The translations under genes were made by a program, and so were the position numbers. DNA of 64,000 bases from Desulfovibrio sp. Lineage in GTDB: Bacteria; Desulfobacterota; Desulfovibrionia; Desulfovibrionales; Desulfovibrionaceae. The notes below the pieces were generated by a model, which did no database searches, was not told the DNA's origin, and was given only the letters and a program-made list of their open reading frames with translations. The stretch is taken from positions 1,570 through 65,569 of the forward strand of contig JAEEPQ010000001.1 in NCBI GenBank assembly GCA_016284885.1. The letters run 5' to 3'. Each line of letters starts with the position of its first letter. Position 1 is the stretch's first letter. Shown in pieces: positions 10,101 to 18,344 of this stretch.

Positions 10101-10433
10101 ACCCTGCACGCAGCCAAGGGGCTTGAGTTCCGCGCCGTCTTCATGCCGGGCCTGGAGCAGGGCATTCTGCCGCTTGACGCCGGCACGCTCTTCGGACCAG
10201 GCACCGGCCTTGGCACAGCGGACATGGCTGAAGAGCGCAGGTTGCTCTACGTCGGCCTGACGCGCGCCTCTGAGGTGCTCTGCCTCTCAAGCGCCAAGAC
10301 GCGAAGCGTCTACGGGAGAACGGCTTCGCTCGATCCTTCGGGCTTCCTCGATGACGTACTCTCCGCCTTCAAGCGGACGCGCCTTGCCGCGCACACCCGC
10401 CAGACGGTCAGGCAGCGCGGACTCTTCTCGTAG
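7149..10433 (+). CDS. Fusion protein: N-terminal PHP/EndoQ-like nuclease (TIGR00375-type) plus C-terminal UvrD/Rep SF1 helicase
   Basis: N-terminal half: ADLHIHSRFS, GTGDFTHPKW, AHVWTPWFSLFGSKSGFD, SNSDAHS, CPVCGRKLTIGVMHRV. C-terminal half: AGPGSGKT (Walker A), LLVDEVQDISPLQ, GDPDQAIYGFRGS, SYRAS, TLHAAKGLEF, LLYVGLTRA. Confidence 0.85.
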   Translation: MPSSPSSPNAPNFPAGPSFIADLHIHSRFSMATSRQLNIPHLSGWAMAKGINVLGTGDFTHPKWREELRRDLVFDEASGFYRPVPAPEKVLPGVLEPAKPPLFCLQTEISSIYKKLGKVRKNHNVVLVPTLEDADRLSAKLAQIGNINADGRPILGLDAKDLLDLVLNVSDRAVLIPAHVWTPWFSLFGSKSGFDDIRDCFGDLTEHIFALETGLSSDPAMNRLVSALDGYALVSNSDAHSGPNLGRESNVFTGSPSYDGMIRALRLAARRTPDMSPGAVRFEGTLEIYPEEGKYHLDGHRNCHVVMTPEEAERHHDICPVCGRKLTIGVMHRVWELADRKAEPELANEPAVHPVIPLPSVLAEIYGKGQATQKVQTAFAEALATLGPEFGILASLPLERIASYSDRLAEAVARIREGRLVRQGGYDGEFGTVAVFTDEERREMAGGRIPRARLGASSRTKAAPKEQATAAGSLLAMGRAPSKPGRKEERGRQGEGACSLNKEQAVAMRHRGTPLLVLAGPGSGKTRILTERLASLLAEGVEPGDILALTFSHRAAEEVNGRLQSMLPGRILPECTTFHALAWRLIQERHPDAVLLAEPCAASLARQALTSLEPELPSPQLKRLAERLAYLRETCALASDPLLHAAFQEYRALLQKIHPFCFDFTGLLEWLRLALREGSLVLRPCELLVDEVQDISPLQAEALYRMLPEDGRGFFGIGDPDQAIYGFRGSTPDIRRELEAHWPKLETMALSQSYRASQQILEAAGLAMHSHPASGLLKAARPLQAELRYFEAPSDAAEAVWIADRIQAMLGATSHTLLDQKKEASAPLVQDLAPSDIAVLVRLKLQMPVIARALQERGIPVQSPSAEAFWQDETTAALLALAEQRITQGLDAGPDGEAVVKPAGLPREWTPILAGEGEPPAPAQLAEKLAKTSRRTALYLASDPWKRLARAWSRAGSWRALLDEVRWLDEAELLVSKAEAVRLLTLHAAKGLEFRAVFMPGLEQGILPLDAGTLFGPGTGLGTADMAEERRLLYVGLTRASEVLCLSSAKTRSVYGRTASLDPSGFLDDVLSAFKRTRLAAHTRQTVRQRGLFS

Positions 10434-10451
10434 CTTCCCGCGAAGGAGGCC

Positions 10452-10718
10452 CTAGGCCTTGTCGTCGTCCCAGCCGCCTTCCTCGTCCAGAAGACGGTAG
10501 GAGCGCACGGTCATGTACTTGATGCCGTCCTGCTCTTCGACGGTGCCAGAAGCCTCGACCTGGGCGCTCACCTCGTCGACGAGGTCGACGCCGGCGCCTC
10601 TGGTCAGCACTCTGTACTCGACTTCGTCCTGCACGATGGCAACCCGCGCCTGGCGCTCGTCCTTCTTTCTGGGAAGCGCCTCGACATAGCCTCTGACGGT
10701 GATGGATGACGTGCTCAT
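10452..10718 (-). CDS. Small acidic hypothetical protein (88 aa)
   Basis: MSTSSITVRGYVEAL...LLDEEGGWDDDKA. Trimmed from track ORF 10452-11018, whose upstream part crosses the divergent promoter region. Confidence 0.45.
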   Translation of the reverse strand: MSTSSITVRGYVEALPRKKDERQARVAIVQDEVEYRVLTRGAGVDLVDEVSAQVEASGTVEEQDGIKYMTVRSYRLLDEEGGWDDDKA

Positions 10719-10947
10719 CTGCTTACCTGGAAATGTTGAAGGGAAAAGAGGGACGAACCAGCCCGTCCCAAGCACGGTCCAGACAGGGGACCGCAATGCT
10801 GTGTAGCTGTTTTCACATATCTGTGCAACAGGCTTGCCTGCACTTAGCACGCCCCGCGACGGAAAAGGGACCCCGCCAAGGCTCAAGTTCCCGACAAAGC
10901 GGTCGATATGTCTTAGTAGAAATTCCCTCTTTTCCGAGGTTTGCCCC

Positions 10948-11418
10948 ATGTCGACCGGAACTGTATGCAGAGCGCTGGCCATAGCCTTCTTCGCTCTGAT
11001 CTTGAGCGGATGCGCCACCTACCATTCGGATTCGAACGAGCCCACGGCCCAGGCCAACGGCGCCCTGCGTAGCGCCATGAACCAGATGGGCAAGTGCTAC
11101 GCAACGGGCGGCTGCAGTCCCAGCAAGGGCTTCGACTGCTCAGGCCTCGTGTACTGGGCCTACCGCGCCAACGGAGTCAAGGTGCCCCGCGTGACCACCG
11201 ACCAGGCGCGTGCGGGACGCGAAGTCTCGACGCCCCTTGTCGGCGACATAATGGTCTTCCGCACCGGCCAGTCCGGCACCGGCCTGCACACGGGCCTCTA
11301 TGCCGGCGGAAGCAAGTTCGTGCACAGCCCCAAGCCGGGCGCCAGGATACGGCTTGACAGCGTCAAGAACAAATACTGGAAACAGCGGCTCGTGAGCGTG
11401 CGCCGGGTCTCCGGATAG
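10948..11418 (+). CDS. NlpC/P60-family peptidoglycan hydrolase lipoprotein
   Basis: Lipobox ALILSGC. Catalytic Cys context GFDCSGLVYWAY. His context GLHTGLYAGGSKFVHSP. Confidence 0.85.
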   Translation: MSTGTVCRALAIAFFALILSGCATYHSDSNEPTAQANGALRSAMNQMGKCYATGGCSPSKGFDCSGLVYWAYRANGVKVPRVTTDQARAGREVSTPLVGDIMVFRTGQSGTGLHTGLYAGGSKFVHSPKPGARIRLDSVKNKYWKQRLVSVRRVSG

Positions 11419-11442
11419 CACCGGCTGCACCAGGAATCAGAA

Positions 11443-11474
11443 AGGGCCCTCCGCCACGGCGGAAGGCCCTTTTT
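11443..11474. terminator. Hairpin plus T-run between convergent genes
   Basis: AGGGCCCTCCGCC-acg-GGCGGAAGGCCCT followed by TTTT (one mismatch in the stem). Confidence 0.55.
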
Positions 11475-11500
11475 GCTTGCTTCGCATATGCCCTGCAGGG

Positions 11501-12292
11501 CTACTTGACCCTGTTCAGCTCGATTTCGATGGCCCTGCGGAAGAGGTCCTTGGAGACGGCCCCGCGGATGACGAGGTTGTTGACCAGGAAGTAGGGCGTG
11601 CCCTCAATCTTCATGTCCTCGGCTTCCTTGAGATCCTCGGCAAGAATGGAGGCCACCTTCTTGCGCCGGCGCTCGGAGTCCATTTTGCGCATGTCCACAC
11701 CCAAGTTCTGGCACACGGAGCGCAGGTACTTCTCGCCATCGGCCAAAAGCTCGTCGCGGTGGGCAAAGAGCTCGCGGTAGAACTTCCAGGCGAGCTCCTC
11801 GCTCTGCATGGAGATGGCGACGAAGTACTGGGAGGCAAGGCCGCTCAGACCCTTGGGCTCCAGAGGCATGTTCTTGAACACGAAGGAAACCTTGCCTTCA
11901 TACTCCTGCAGGAGCTCCGCAAGCACCTTTTCCGCGCGCTGACAGTAGCCGCAGGTGAAGTCAGAGAAGGCGACAATGCGGACCTTGGCATCGGGAGCGC
12001 CCACATAGGGGCGTCCTTCCGTCTTCACGGTCTTCACGGTCTTGGCGTCCTCGGCCCACTGCTTCTCCAGATTCGCCTGACGACGAAGGTTGGACCCGGC
12101 CTGGGCAACGTCGAGCACGGCCTCGCTGTGCTCGCGCAGGAAGTCGAGCAGCACTTCGGGACGCTCGCGGAGCAACTGCTCCAGAGCGGGCTTGAGCTCA
12201 TCGGCGGTCAAGGCCAGGGCCGGCGCTGGGGCGCAGGCGGGGTACAGGAGCAGTCCTGCGAGGGCGCAGGACAAAAGCGTCTTTTTGCACAT
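11501..12292 (-). CDS. DsbA-family thiol:disulfide oxidoreductase (exported)
   Basis: Signal/lipobox-like MCKKTLLSCALAGLLLYPAC. Thioredoxin CxxC in FSDFTCGYCQRAEK. Confidence 0.8.
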   Translation of the reverse strand: MCKKTLLSCALAGLLLYPACAPAPALALTADELKPALEQLLRERPEVLLDFLREHSEAVLDVAQAGSNLRRQANLEKQWAEDAKTVKTVKTEGRPYVGAPDAKVRIVAFSDFTCGYCQRAEKVLAELLQEYEGKVSFVFKNMPLEPKGLSGLASQYFVAISMQSEELAWKFYRELFAHRDELLADGEKYLRSVCQNLGVDMRKMDSERRRKKVASILAEDLKEAEDMKIEGTPYFLVNNLVIRGAVSKDLFRRAIEIELNRVK

Positions 12293-12338
12293 GGGAATAT
12301 ATATCCTTAAAAAAAGTAGGGAAAAACGGTTGCGCCCC

Positions 12339-12737
12339 TTATTTGCGGGCTTCAAGGCGCATCTGCGTGTCCGCATCTTCTATTTTAAACAAAAGGTCAT
12401 CGAAATCAACAGGCTTCATCAGGTAGCCAAATGCCCCCTCGTCCATGGCCTGCACGGCTATCTGCATGTCGGCGTGGCCGGAGAGGAGGATGATCTGCGT
12501 GCCAGGCCAGCGCTTCAGGATGTGCTGCAGGGCCGTCAAGCCGTCCATGACCGGCATCTTGACGTCCATGACGACAATGGGACAGGACTGCTTCGCCATT
12601 TCGTCCAGGGCTTCCTGGCCATTGCCTGCCGTTTTGCAGGCATAGCCACGCCTGATAAGGCGCTTGGACAGAATGGACGTGACTTCAGATTCATCGTCCA
12701 CCAGAAGCAAGGCTGGCTTGCCGGAATCGCTCACCAT
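12339..12737 (-). CDS. Stand-alone CheY-like response-regulator receiver
   Basis: LLLVDDESEV, VVMDVKMPVMDG (phospho-Asp context), ILLSGH, GYLMKP. All canonical REC residues are present. Confidence 0.85.
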   Translation of the reverse strand: MVSDSGKPALLLVDDESEVTSILSKRLIRRGYACKTAGNGQEALDEMAKQSCPIVVMDVKMPVMDGLTALQHILKRWPGTQIILLSGHADMQIAVQAMDEGAFGYLMKPVDFDDLLFKIEDADTQMRLEARK

Positions 12738-12773
12738 AAATATACCCCCATGTTCCTCTTGCGCCCTCAGCAA

Positions 12774-12789
12774 TGTTTCACGTGAAACA
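12774..12789. promoter_or_regulatory. parS: parS centromere site (perfect 16-bp palindrome)
   Basis: TGTTTCACGTGAAACA matches the widely conserved parS consensus tGTTNCACGTGAAACa. Confidence 0.85.
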
Positions 12790-12901
12790 ATGCCGACAGC
12801 GAGGCTGAAAAGTTTTGACTGCAGCGACGTTATCCATTAAACGTTGATACGCAAAGCGCTAGACAATTTATCAACATGTTTTAAAGAACCGCTCTGCTGA
12901 T

Positions 12902-12917
12902 TGTTTCACGTGAAACA
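12902..12917. promoter_or_regulatory. parS: parS centromere site (second identical copy, 28 nt upstream of the parA ATG)
   Basis: Identical TGTTTCACGTGAAACA. Both copies share the extended form TGTTTCACGTGAAACAAT. Confidence 0.85.
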
Positions 12918-12944
12918 ATCGGTGCGTTGAGGAGCTTCCGGCAC

Positions 12945-13721
12945 ATGGCACGTATCATCTGCGTAGCTAACCAAAAAGGTGGCGTGGGCAAAACCACGAC
13001 TGCCATCAACCTCTCGGCTGCCTTGGCCGTCATGGAGCGCAAAACGCTCCTGATAGACTGCGACCCGCAGGCCAACACCACAAGCGGACTCGGCATCAAT
13101 GCGACGGATCTCAAAGCTGACCTCTACAGCATCTTCTACACGCCCGAAAGGGAGACTGTCCACAGGGCCATACTCGAAACCCGCGCCCCCTTTCTCCACC
13201 TCATCCCGTCTACCATCAGCCTAGTCGGCGTCGAAGTGGAGCTGGCTGCGGAAATAGCCAGAGAGCAGTACCTCAAGAACATTCTGTCCCATGTCAGGGA
13301 CGAGTACGAATTCATCTTGCTGGACTGTCCCCCGTCGCTGGGACTCATCACCCTCAACGCCCTCTGCGCCGGCACAGAGATCCTCATCCCCCTGCAGTGC
13401 GAGTTCTTTGCCCTGGAAGGCATAGCCAAGCTGATAGGCACCTATCAGAAGGTCAAGAAGCTACTCAATCCGGAACTCAGCATCCTGGGCGTCCTGCTGA
13501 CCATGTTCGACGGCCGCAACCGCATCGCCAACGACGTCAAGGAAGAGGTGCGGCGCACCATGCCCGATCATCTCATGAAGACGATCATTCCGAGAAACGT
13601 CAGGCTCTCGGAGGCGCCGAGCTACGGCAAGTCCATCATCCGCTACGACATCAAATCAAAGGGAGCGCAGGCCTACCTGAACCTGGCGCAGGAGGTGATT
13701 GAACGCACGCCCCGGGACTAG
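12945..13721 (+). CDS. parA: Chromosome-partitioning ATPase ParA/Soj
   Basis: MARIICVANQKGGVGKTTTAINL (deviant Walker A), LIDCDPQ, ILLDCPPSLG. Confidence 0.9.
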   Translation: MARIICVANQKGGVGKTTTAINLSAALAVMERKTLLIDCDPQANTTSGLGINATDLKADLYSIFYTPERETVHRAILETRAPFLHLIPSTISLVGVEVELAAEIAREQYLKNILSHVRDEYEFILLDCPPSLGLITLNALCAGTEILIPLQCEFFALEGIAKLIGTYQKVKKLLNPELSILGVLLTMFDGRNRIANDVKEEVRRTMPDHLMKTIIPRNVRLSEAPSYGKSIIRYDIKSKGAQAYLNLAQEVIERTPRD

Positions 13722-13731
13722 GGGCATTGGA

Positions 13732-14280
13732 CTAGGCCTTGCGCAGCTCGGGCGCGGGCGTGAACTCGGCAACCATCTTGTCCTTGAAGTGCTTCTGCCG
13801 GATGGTGGCGCCGCACTCCTGGCAGTGGAAGACGAGCAGGCCGCCGATGTTGGCATTGGCCAGCGTGAAGGGATGGAAGGGATCCGTACGCCAATCCTCT
13901 GTTTCGTTGCCGCACACGGGGCAGACGACGGCCGGGTCATATTCGTAGCTGAAGTCCCAGAAGTCCAGGAACTTCTTGAAGTCGTCCAGCGGCTCCTTGG
14001 CGACGACGCCTTCCTTGGAGCGCAGCTGGGCTTCGGCGATCTTCAGGTCCGTACGTATGGCGTTCCAGAGCTCGCGACTGAGCATGTAGGCAAAGGCCTT
14101 GCCGTCGGCGCCGTTGACGGCGCTCAAGTGGCTGGGCATGGTCTTGCACTCGCCAAGCTCGAAGAGACCGGCCTGAAGAATGTCCGCGCAGTACTGGCCG
14201 AGGGCCGCTGAAATGAGGAAGCACTCGTAGCTGGTATTGGCTTCGCGCATGTGCAACACATGCTGTCCTGGTTTAAACAT
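13732..14280 (-). CDS. Hypothetical protein with a C-terminal CxxC...CxxC zinc-ribbon-like motif, lying between parA and parB on the opposite strand
   Basis: 182-aa ORF. CPVCGNETEDW...HCQECGATI. No family recognised. Confidence 0.55.
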   Translation of the reverse strand: MFKPGQHVLHMREANTSYECFLISAALGQYCADILQAGLFELGECKTMPSHLSAVNGADGKAFAYMLSRELWNAIRTDLKIAEAQLRSKEGVVAKEPLDDFKKFLDFWDFSYEYDPAVVCPVCGNETEDWRTDPFHPFTLANANIGGLLVFHCQECGATIRQKHFKDKMVAEFTPAPELRKA

Positions 14281-14367
14281 GGTGGATCTCCCTTACGTGA
14301 AATGGTGATCAAGCGCTGATCAAGCAACTGAAAACGCAAACAGCAAATTAGTCAAGGAGGAGCAGAG

Positions 14368-15324
14368 GTGGCTTTGAAAGGACTCGGACGCGGACTGGAC
14401 GCGCTCCTGCCGGGAGGCGTCGGCACGCCTGCCGTGAACGCGGGCGACAAAGGCGCTAACGCGAGGACGCTCATGCTGGACGTGGAATGCATGGAGCCCA
14501 ATCCCAGCCAGCCGAGAAAGCGCATGGAGCGCGAAGCGCTGGAGGAGCTGGCGAGCTCCATCCGCACGGAAGGCATCATTCAGCCCCTGCTGGTGCGCAG
14601 CGCCAAGACGCCCGGTCGCTATGAAATCATAGCCGGCGAGCGGCGGTGGCGGGCCGCCAAGATGGCGGGCCTCAGGGAAGTGCCGGCCTACGTGCGCGAG
14701 ATGAGCGATCAGGATGTCATGGTGGCTGCTCTCGTCGAGAACCTGCAGCGCGAGGACCTGAATCCCGCCGAGGAGGCGAGGGCCCTACAGGAGCTGAAGG
14801 AGCGCCTCGCCCTCACCCAGGAGGAGCTCGCCCAGCGCCTTGGCAAGAGCCGCTCCATGGTGGCCAACTCCCTTCGCCTGCTCCAGCTGCCGCAAGCCGC
14901 CCTGGAAAGCCTGGAGGAGGGCGCCATCTCTGCAGGCCATGCCCGCTCCCTGCTCGCCCTAGCTCCGGACGGGGATGCCATGGCGGGCTTCCTTGCCCGC
15001 ATGCTGGCGTACAAGCTCTCCGTGCGCGACTGCGAGGACGCGGTGGCCCACTGGAAGAAGCAGGGCCGCCTTCCCTGGAGCGACGGCGGGGAAGCTCCCA
15101 AAAAGGCGCCTGCCAGACGCAGGAAGAGCCCTGAGTTCAAGCAGCTTGAAAAGAGCCTGGGCACGCTGCTTAAGGTCAAGACGAGCCTCTCCGGCACGCC
15201 TGCCAAGGGCCGGATCAGCCTCTCCTACGCCAGCGAGGACGAGCTCATGCGCCTGCTCGGGCTACTTGGCTTGAAGGATGTGAAAGAGGCCGCTGCCGAA
15301 GGGCAGGACAGCGAAGCGGAATAG
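14368..15324 (+). CDS. parB: Chromosome-partitioning protein ParB/Spo0J
   Basis: GLGRGLDALL, NPSQPRK, IIAGERRWRAAKMAGL, ENLQREDLNP. GTG start after AAGGAGG. Confidence 0.9.
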   Translation: MALKGLGRGLDALLPGGVGTPAVNAGDKGANARTLMLDVECMEPNPSQPRKRMEREALEELASSIRTEGIIQPLLVRSAKTPGRYEIIAGERRWRAAKMAGLREVPAYVREMSDQDVMVAALVENLQREDLNPAEEARALQELKERLALTQEELAQRLGKSRSMVANSLRLLQLPQAALESLEEGAISAGHARSLLALAPDGDAMAGFLARMLAYKLSVRDCEDAVAHWKKQGRLPWSDGGEAPKKAPARRRKSPEFKQLEKSLGTLLKVKTSLSGTPAKGRISLSYASEDELMRLLGLLGLKDVKEAAAEGQDSEAE

Positions 15325-15372
15325 CCGGCCTTCCGGTCTTTCCGGCTGAGACCGATCTCCAACAAGGCGGTG

Positions 15373-16710
15373 CTACCGCACCTTGAGCACGGCGCCGTAC
15401 ATGCCTTCGAGGGGCGAGTCCACGGGCGTCTGCCATTCGCGCACGATGTCCGCTCTAGCGGCAAAGGCCTCCCTGCGGACGAGGCCGGCATTCTCCTGCT
15501 CGTCCACGGTGCAGGTGAGGTAGCAGACGCTGGCGCCGGATCTGGCTTTGACCAGAGCCTGCTCTAGAATCTTCGCCTGCGTGGCCACGAATTCGGCGAA
15601 GTTCAGTTCCCTTCGCCTGATGTCCGGCCTGCGCGACAAAACGCCAAGGCCGGAGCAGGGCACGTCCAGCAGGACGTCGCCGGGAATCTCCCGGCAGGGC
15701 AGCATCGAGGCGTCGGCAAGGAAGACGGCAGGAGCATCGAGTCCGAGCCTGCGGCACTCGCCTTCAAGGTGCCTGAGACGGCCCACGGCCATGTCGGAGG
15801 CTACCTGCACCTGCCTTCCCTGCTCGAGCAGGGCCAACGTCTTGCCGCCAAAGCCCGCGCAGGCGTCCCAGAGCGGCGCCTCCTGCTCGAAGAGGCCAAG
15901 GGCGTGCAGGGCCCACATGGATCCTGCCGCCTGCAGGGAGAGGGCGCCGGAGGCAGCCAGCGTAGCCATGCGCTCCCTGCCGAGCCTGCCTGTGCCGCCT
16001 TCCCGGAAGAAAACGCAGGGCAGATCGCTGGCATCGCCAGGAAGGCGCTCTGCGCCTGCCTCCAGCAGTTCCTGCCTGACCTGCTCCCAGCCGGCTTTCG
16101 CCCTGTTGATGCGGATGCCCGCGCAGGGACGCCGGAAGGAGCGCTCCATGAGCAGAACCGACCTTTCCGATCCCAGTTCAGTGCGCCACAGCCGGACGAT
16201 GCGACGGGGCAGACTGTAGAACCTGGCATCCACGTCGATTTCGGCATCAGAGGGCTTCAGGCGGTAGAAGTCCCGCTCCAGCGGTGCTGAGCCCAGACGC
16301 TGCAGGCTTCTCAGCGCGCCGTTGGCCACGCGGTCCAGCCCCTTGCCGAAAAGGGCGCGCACGTCCTCCACGGTCTCGTGGACAAGGGCGTGAACCGGCG
16401 CGTGCTCCTCGAAGAGCATCGCCCCTGCCGCAAGGCCAAGACAGGTCTTGAAGAGGGGCGGAAGCTTCTCTGGCCGAGGCAGCAGGCGGTCCACGACGAA
16501 GGCGCAGCGCGCCTGCGTACGCAGGGCCGTGTAGGCCAGATCCGTGGCCTGACGGCGGGCGCGCTCGTCAAGCCTCCCGCAGTCGAGGACCTGCGAAAGC
16601 GCCTGCTGGACAGGCTGTCCCTCGTCGACAAGCAGGAGGGTCTCGAGGGCGGCCTTGCGGGCCGAGGGCTTGAGGCGCTGGAGGAGCCTGCGGCTGTGCT
16701 GGCCTGCCAT
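15373..16710 (-). CDS. rsmB: 16S rRNA (cytosine967-C5)-methyltransferase RsmB/Sun
   Basis: NusB-like N-terminal domain. DACAGFGGKT, DVPCSGLGVLSRRPDIR, YLTCTV. Confidence 0.85.
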   Translation of the reverse strand: MAGQHSRRLLQRLKPSARKAALETLLLVDEGQPVQQALSQVLDCGRLDERARRQATDLAYTALRTQARCAFVVDRLLPRPEKLPPLFKTCLGLAAGAMLFEEHAPVHALVHETVEDVRALFGKGLDRVANGALRSLQRLGSAPLERDFYRLKPSDAEIDVDARFYSLPRRIVRLWRTELGSERSVLLMERSFRRPCAGIRINRAKAGWEQVRQELLEAGAERLPGDASDLPCVFFREGGTGRLGRERMATLAASGALSLQAAGSMWALHALGLFEQEAPLWDACAGFGGKTLALLEQGRQVQVASDMAVGRLRHLEGECRRLGLDAPAVFLADASMLPCREIPGDVLLDVPCSGLGVLSRRPDIRRRELNFAEFVATQAKILEQALVKARSGASVCYLTCTVDEQENAGLVRREAFAARADIVREWQTPVDSPLEGMYGAVLKVR

Positions 16711-16729
16711 GGCGGAACCTTCCTCCTTC

Positions 16730-17743
16730 CTAGCGGCCTGCCGGCTCTTCGGCGATCCCGCCTATGCGCCGTCCCTGGCCAAGATCCAGGCGCAAGCCGT
16801 TGATGAAGGCACTCTGGTCCATGGATTTCTTGCCGCTGGGCCGTATGCCGCGGATGCTGAGCGCACCCTCGGCGCAGCCTATCACAAGCTTCTTGCGCGA
16901 GGCCCAGATCTCGCCTGCAGCAAGCGTCTCAGGCATGGCGCACAACTCGGCCTGCTCGAGAATGCAGGACATCTCCCTTCCATCTTCCAGACGGAAAAGG
17001 ACATGGGCGCCGGGATCGGGCGTGAGGCCGCGTAGCATGGCTTCGACCTGAACGGCAGGCCTGTCGAAGGCAATCCAGCCTTCCTGTTTGGTAACCTTGG
17101 ACGCATAGCTGGCAAGAGCCTCGTCCTGAGGATGCTCGACGGCCCGCCCCTCAGCCACGGCGCGCAGCGTCTCAAGCAGCAGGGGACCTGAAGCCTTGGC
17201 CAGCTTGACGAAGAGCGTGCCCTGGTTCTCGCCAAGGCAGGACACGGTCTGCTGAGCGTAGACAGGACCAGTGTCGAGGCCAGCCTCCATGCGCATGATG
17301 CTCACTCCCGTCTCCTCAAGGCCGTCCATGAGGGCCCGCTGGACGGGCGCGGCCCCGCGGTAGCGGGGAAGCAGGGAGGTGTGCACGTTGACGGGAGCAA
17401 ATTTCGGCACGTCCAGCACGGCCTGGGGCAGAATCATGCCGTAGGCGGCCACGACCAGAAAATCGGGCTCAAAGGACTTGAGCAGCGGGACAGCCTCGGC
17501 CTGGGCCTCGGGCGAGCGCAGGGAGGCCGGCTGGAAAACGGGGATTCCCCTTTGCAGCGCCAGCTGCTTCACGGGCGAGGGGGTGAGCTTCTTGCCGCGT
17601 CCCGCCACCTTGTCGGGCTGGGTCCAGCAGGCGGCCACCCTGACGTCCGGCGCATCCAAAAGGCTCTGCAGTATGTCCGCCGCAAAGGCCGGCGTGCCCA
17701 TGAAGACAAGGTTTAGGCTTTTTTCTGCATGCGCTTCTGCCAT
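16730..17743 (-). CDS. fmt: Methionyl-tRNA formyltransferase
   Basis: VFMGTPAFA, QPDKVAGRGKK, NVHTSLLPRYRGAAPVQ. The start overlaps the def stop by 31 nt, so a downstream start is possible. Confidence 0.9.
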   Translation of the reverse strand: MAEAHAEKSLNLVFMGTPAFAADILQSLLDAPDVRVAACWTQPDKVAGRGKKLTPSPVKQLALQRGIPVFQPASLRSPEAQAEAVPLLKSFEPDFLVVAAYGMILPQAVLDVPKFAPVNVHTSLLPRYRGAAPVQRALMDGLEETGVSIMRMEAGLDTGPVYAQQTVSCLGENQGTLFVKLAKASGPLLLETLRAVAEGRAVEHPQDEALASYASKVTKQEGWIAFDRPAVQVEAMLRGLTPDPGAHVLFRLEDGREMSCILEQAELCAMPETLAAGEIWASRKKLVIGCAEGALSIRGIRPSGKKSMDQSAFINGLRLDLGQGRRIGGIAEEPAGR

Positions 17744-18234
17744 TTGCTCACCTTTCCGTCGTAGAGGGCGCGGCGCAGGCGGCCGATCTTGTCGATGAAG
17801 AGCACACCCTTGAGATGGTCGGTTTCGTGCTGGACGATGATGGCCTCGAAGCCGTCGATGTCGCGCTCGACCACCTTGCCTTCAAGATCGAGGCACTTCA
17901 GATGCACCGAACTGGAACGCTCAACGTCGGCACGGTAGTCAAAGGGCACGGAAAGGCAGCCCTCCTGCCTGCTCGTGATCTTGTCGCCCGTCAGGGTCAC
18001 CTCGGGGTTGATGACAATCTGGGGGTTCTTGGGCTGATCCTTTTCCGCTGGGTCGTAAACAACCATGCTGATGAGCCGGCCCACCTGCGGGGCGGCCAGG
18101 CCGACGCCGGGCGCGGCGTACATGGTTTCCAGCATGTCTTCTGCCAGCTGCTTGATTTCAGGCGTGATTTCCGCAACTGGCTCGCAGGTCTTGCCAAGGC
18201 GCGGATCGGGATAGAGCACTATGTCGAGCTTCAT
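17713..18234 (-). CDS. def: Peptide deformylase
   Basis: GVGLAAPQVG, EGCLSVP, QHETDHLKG. Start trimmed to MKLDIVLYPDPRL. Confidence 0.9.
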   Translation of the reverse strand: MKLDIVLYPDPRLGKTCEPVAEITPEIKQLAEDMLETMYAAPGVGLAAPQVGRLISMVVYDPAEKDQPKNPQIVINPEVTLTGDKITSRQEGCLSVPFDYRADVERSSSVHLKCLDLEGKVVERDIDGFEAIIVQHETDHLKGVLFIDKIGRLRRALYDGKVSKWQKRMQKKA

Positions 18235-18344
18235 GAGACAATCCTCGGCAAAGGCCGGAAAACGACGAAGCAACGTCCATTTTCCGGCCTTGCCACAGAG
18301 CTGAGGCGTCAGGATTCCCCTGCGGGGCGTCCTGCGCCCTGGAA

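Noticed and set aside
10719-10947. Possible c-di-AMP (ydaO-type) riboswitch upstream of the NlpC/P60 gene
   Set aside because: Pieces reminiscent of the motif are present (GGGGACC, GAACC...CCGTC). However, they occur in the wrong order and orientation relative to the gene, and I cannot build the pseudo-symmetric structure. An Rfam RF00379 scan would be needed to revive it.
14290-14303. parS-like half site (CTTACGTGAAATGG) upstream of parB
   Set aside because: Only one arm matches. A similar partial match at 59058-59072 (GGTTTACGTGAAACG) lacks one base of the palindrome and overlaps the C11 start region.
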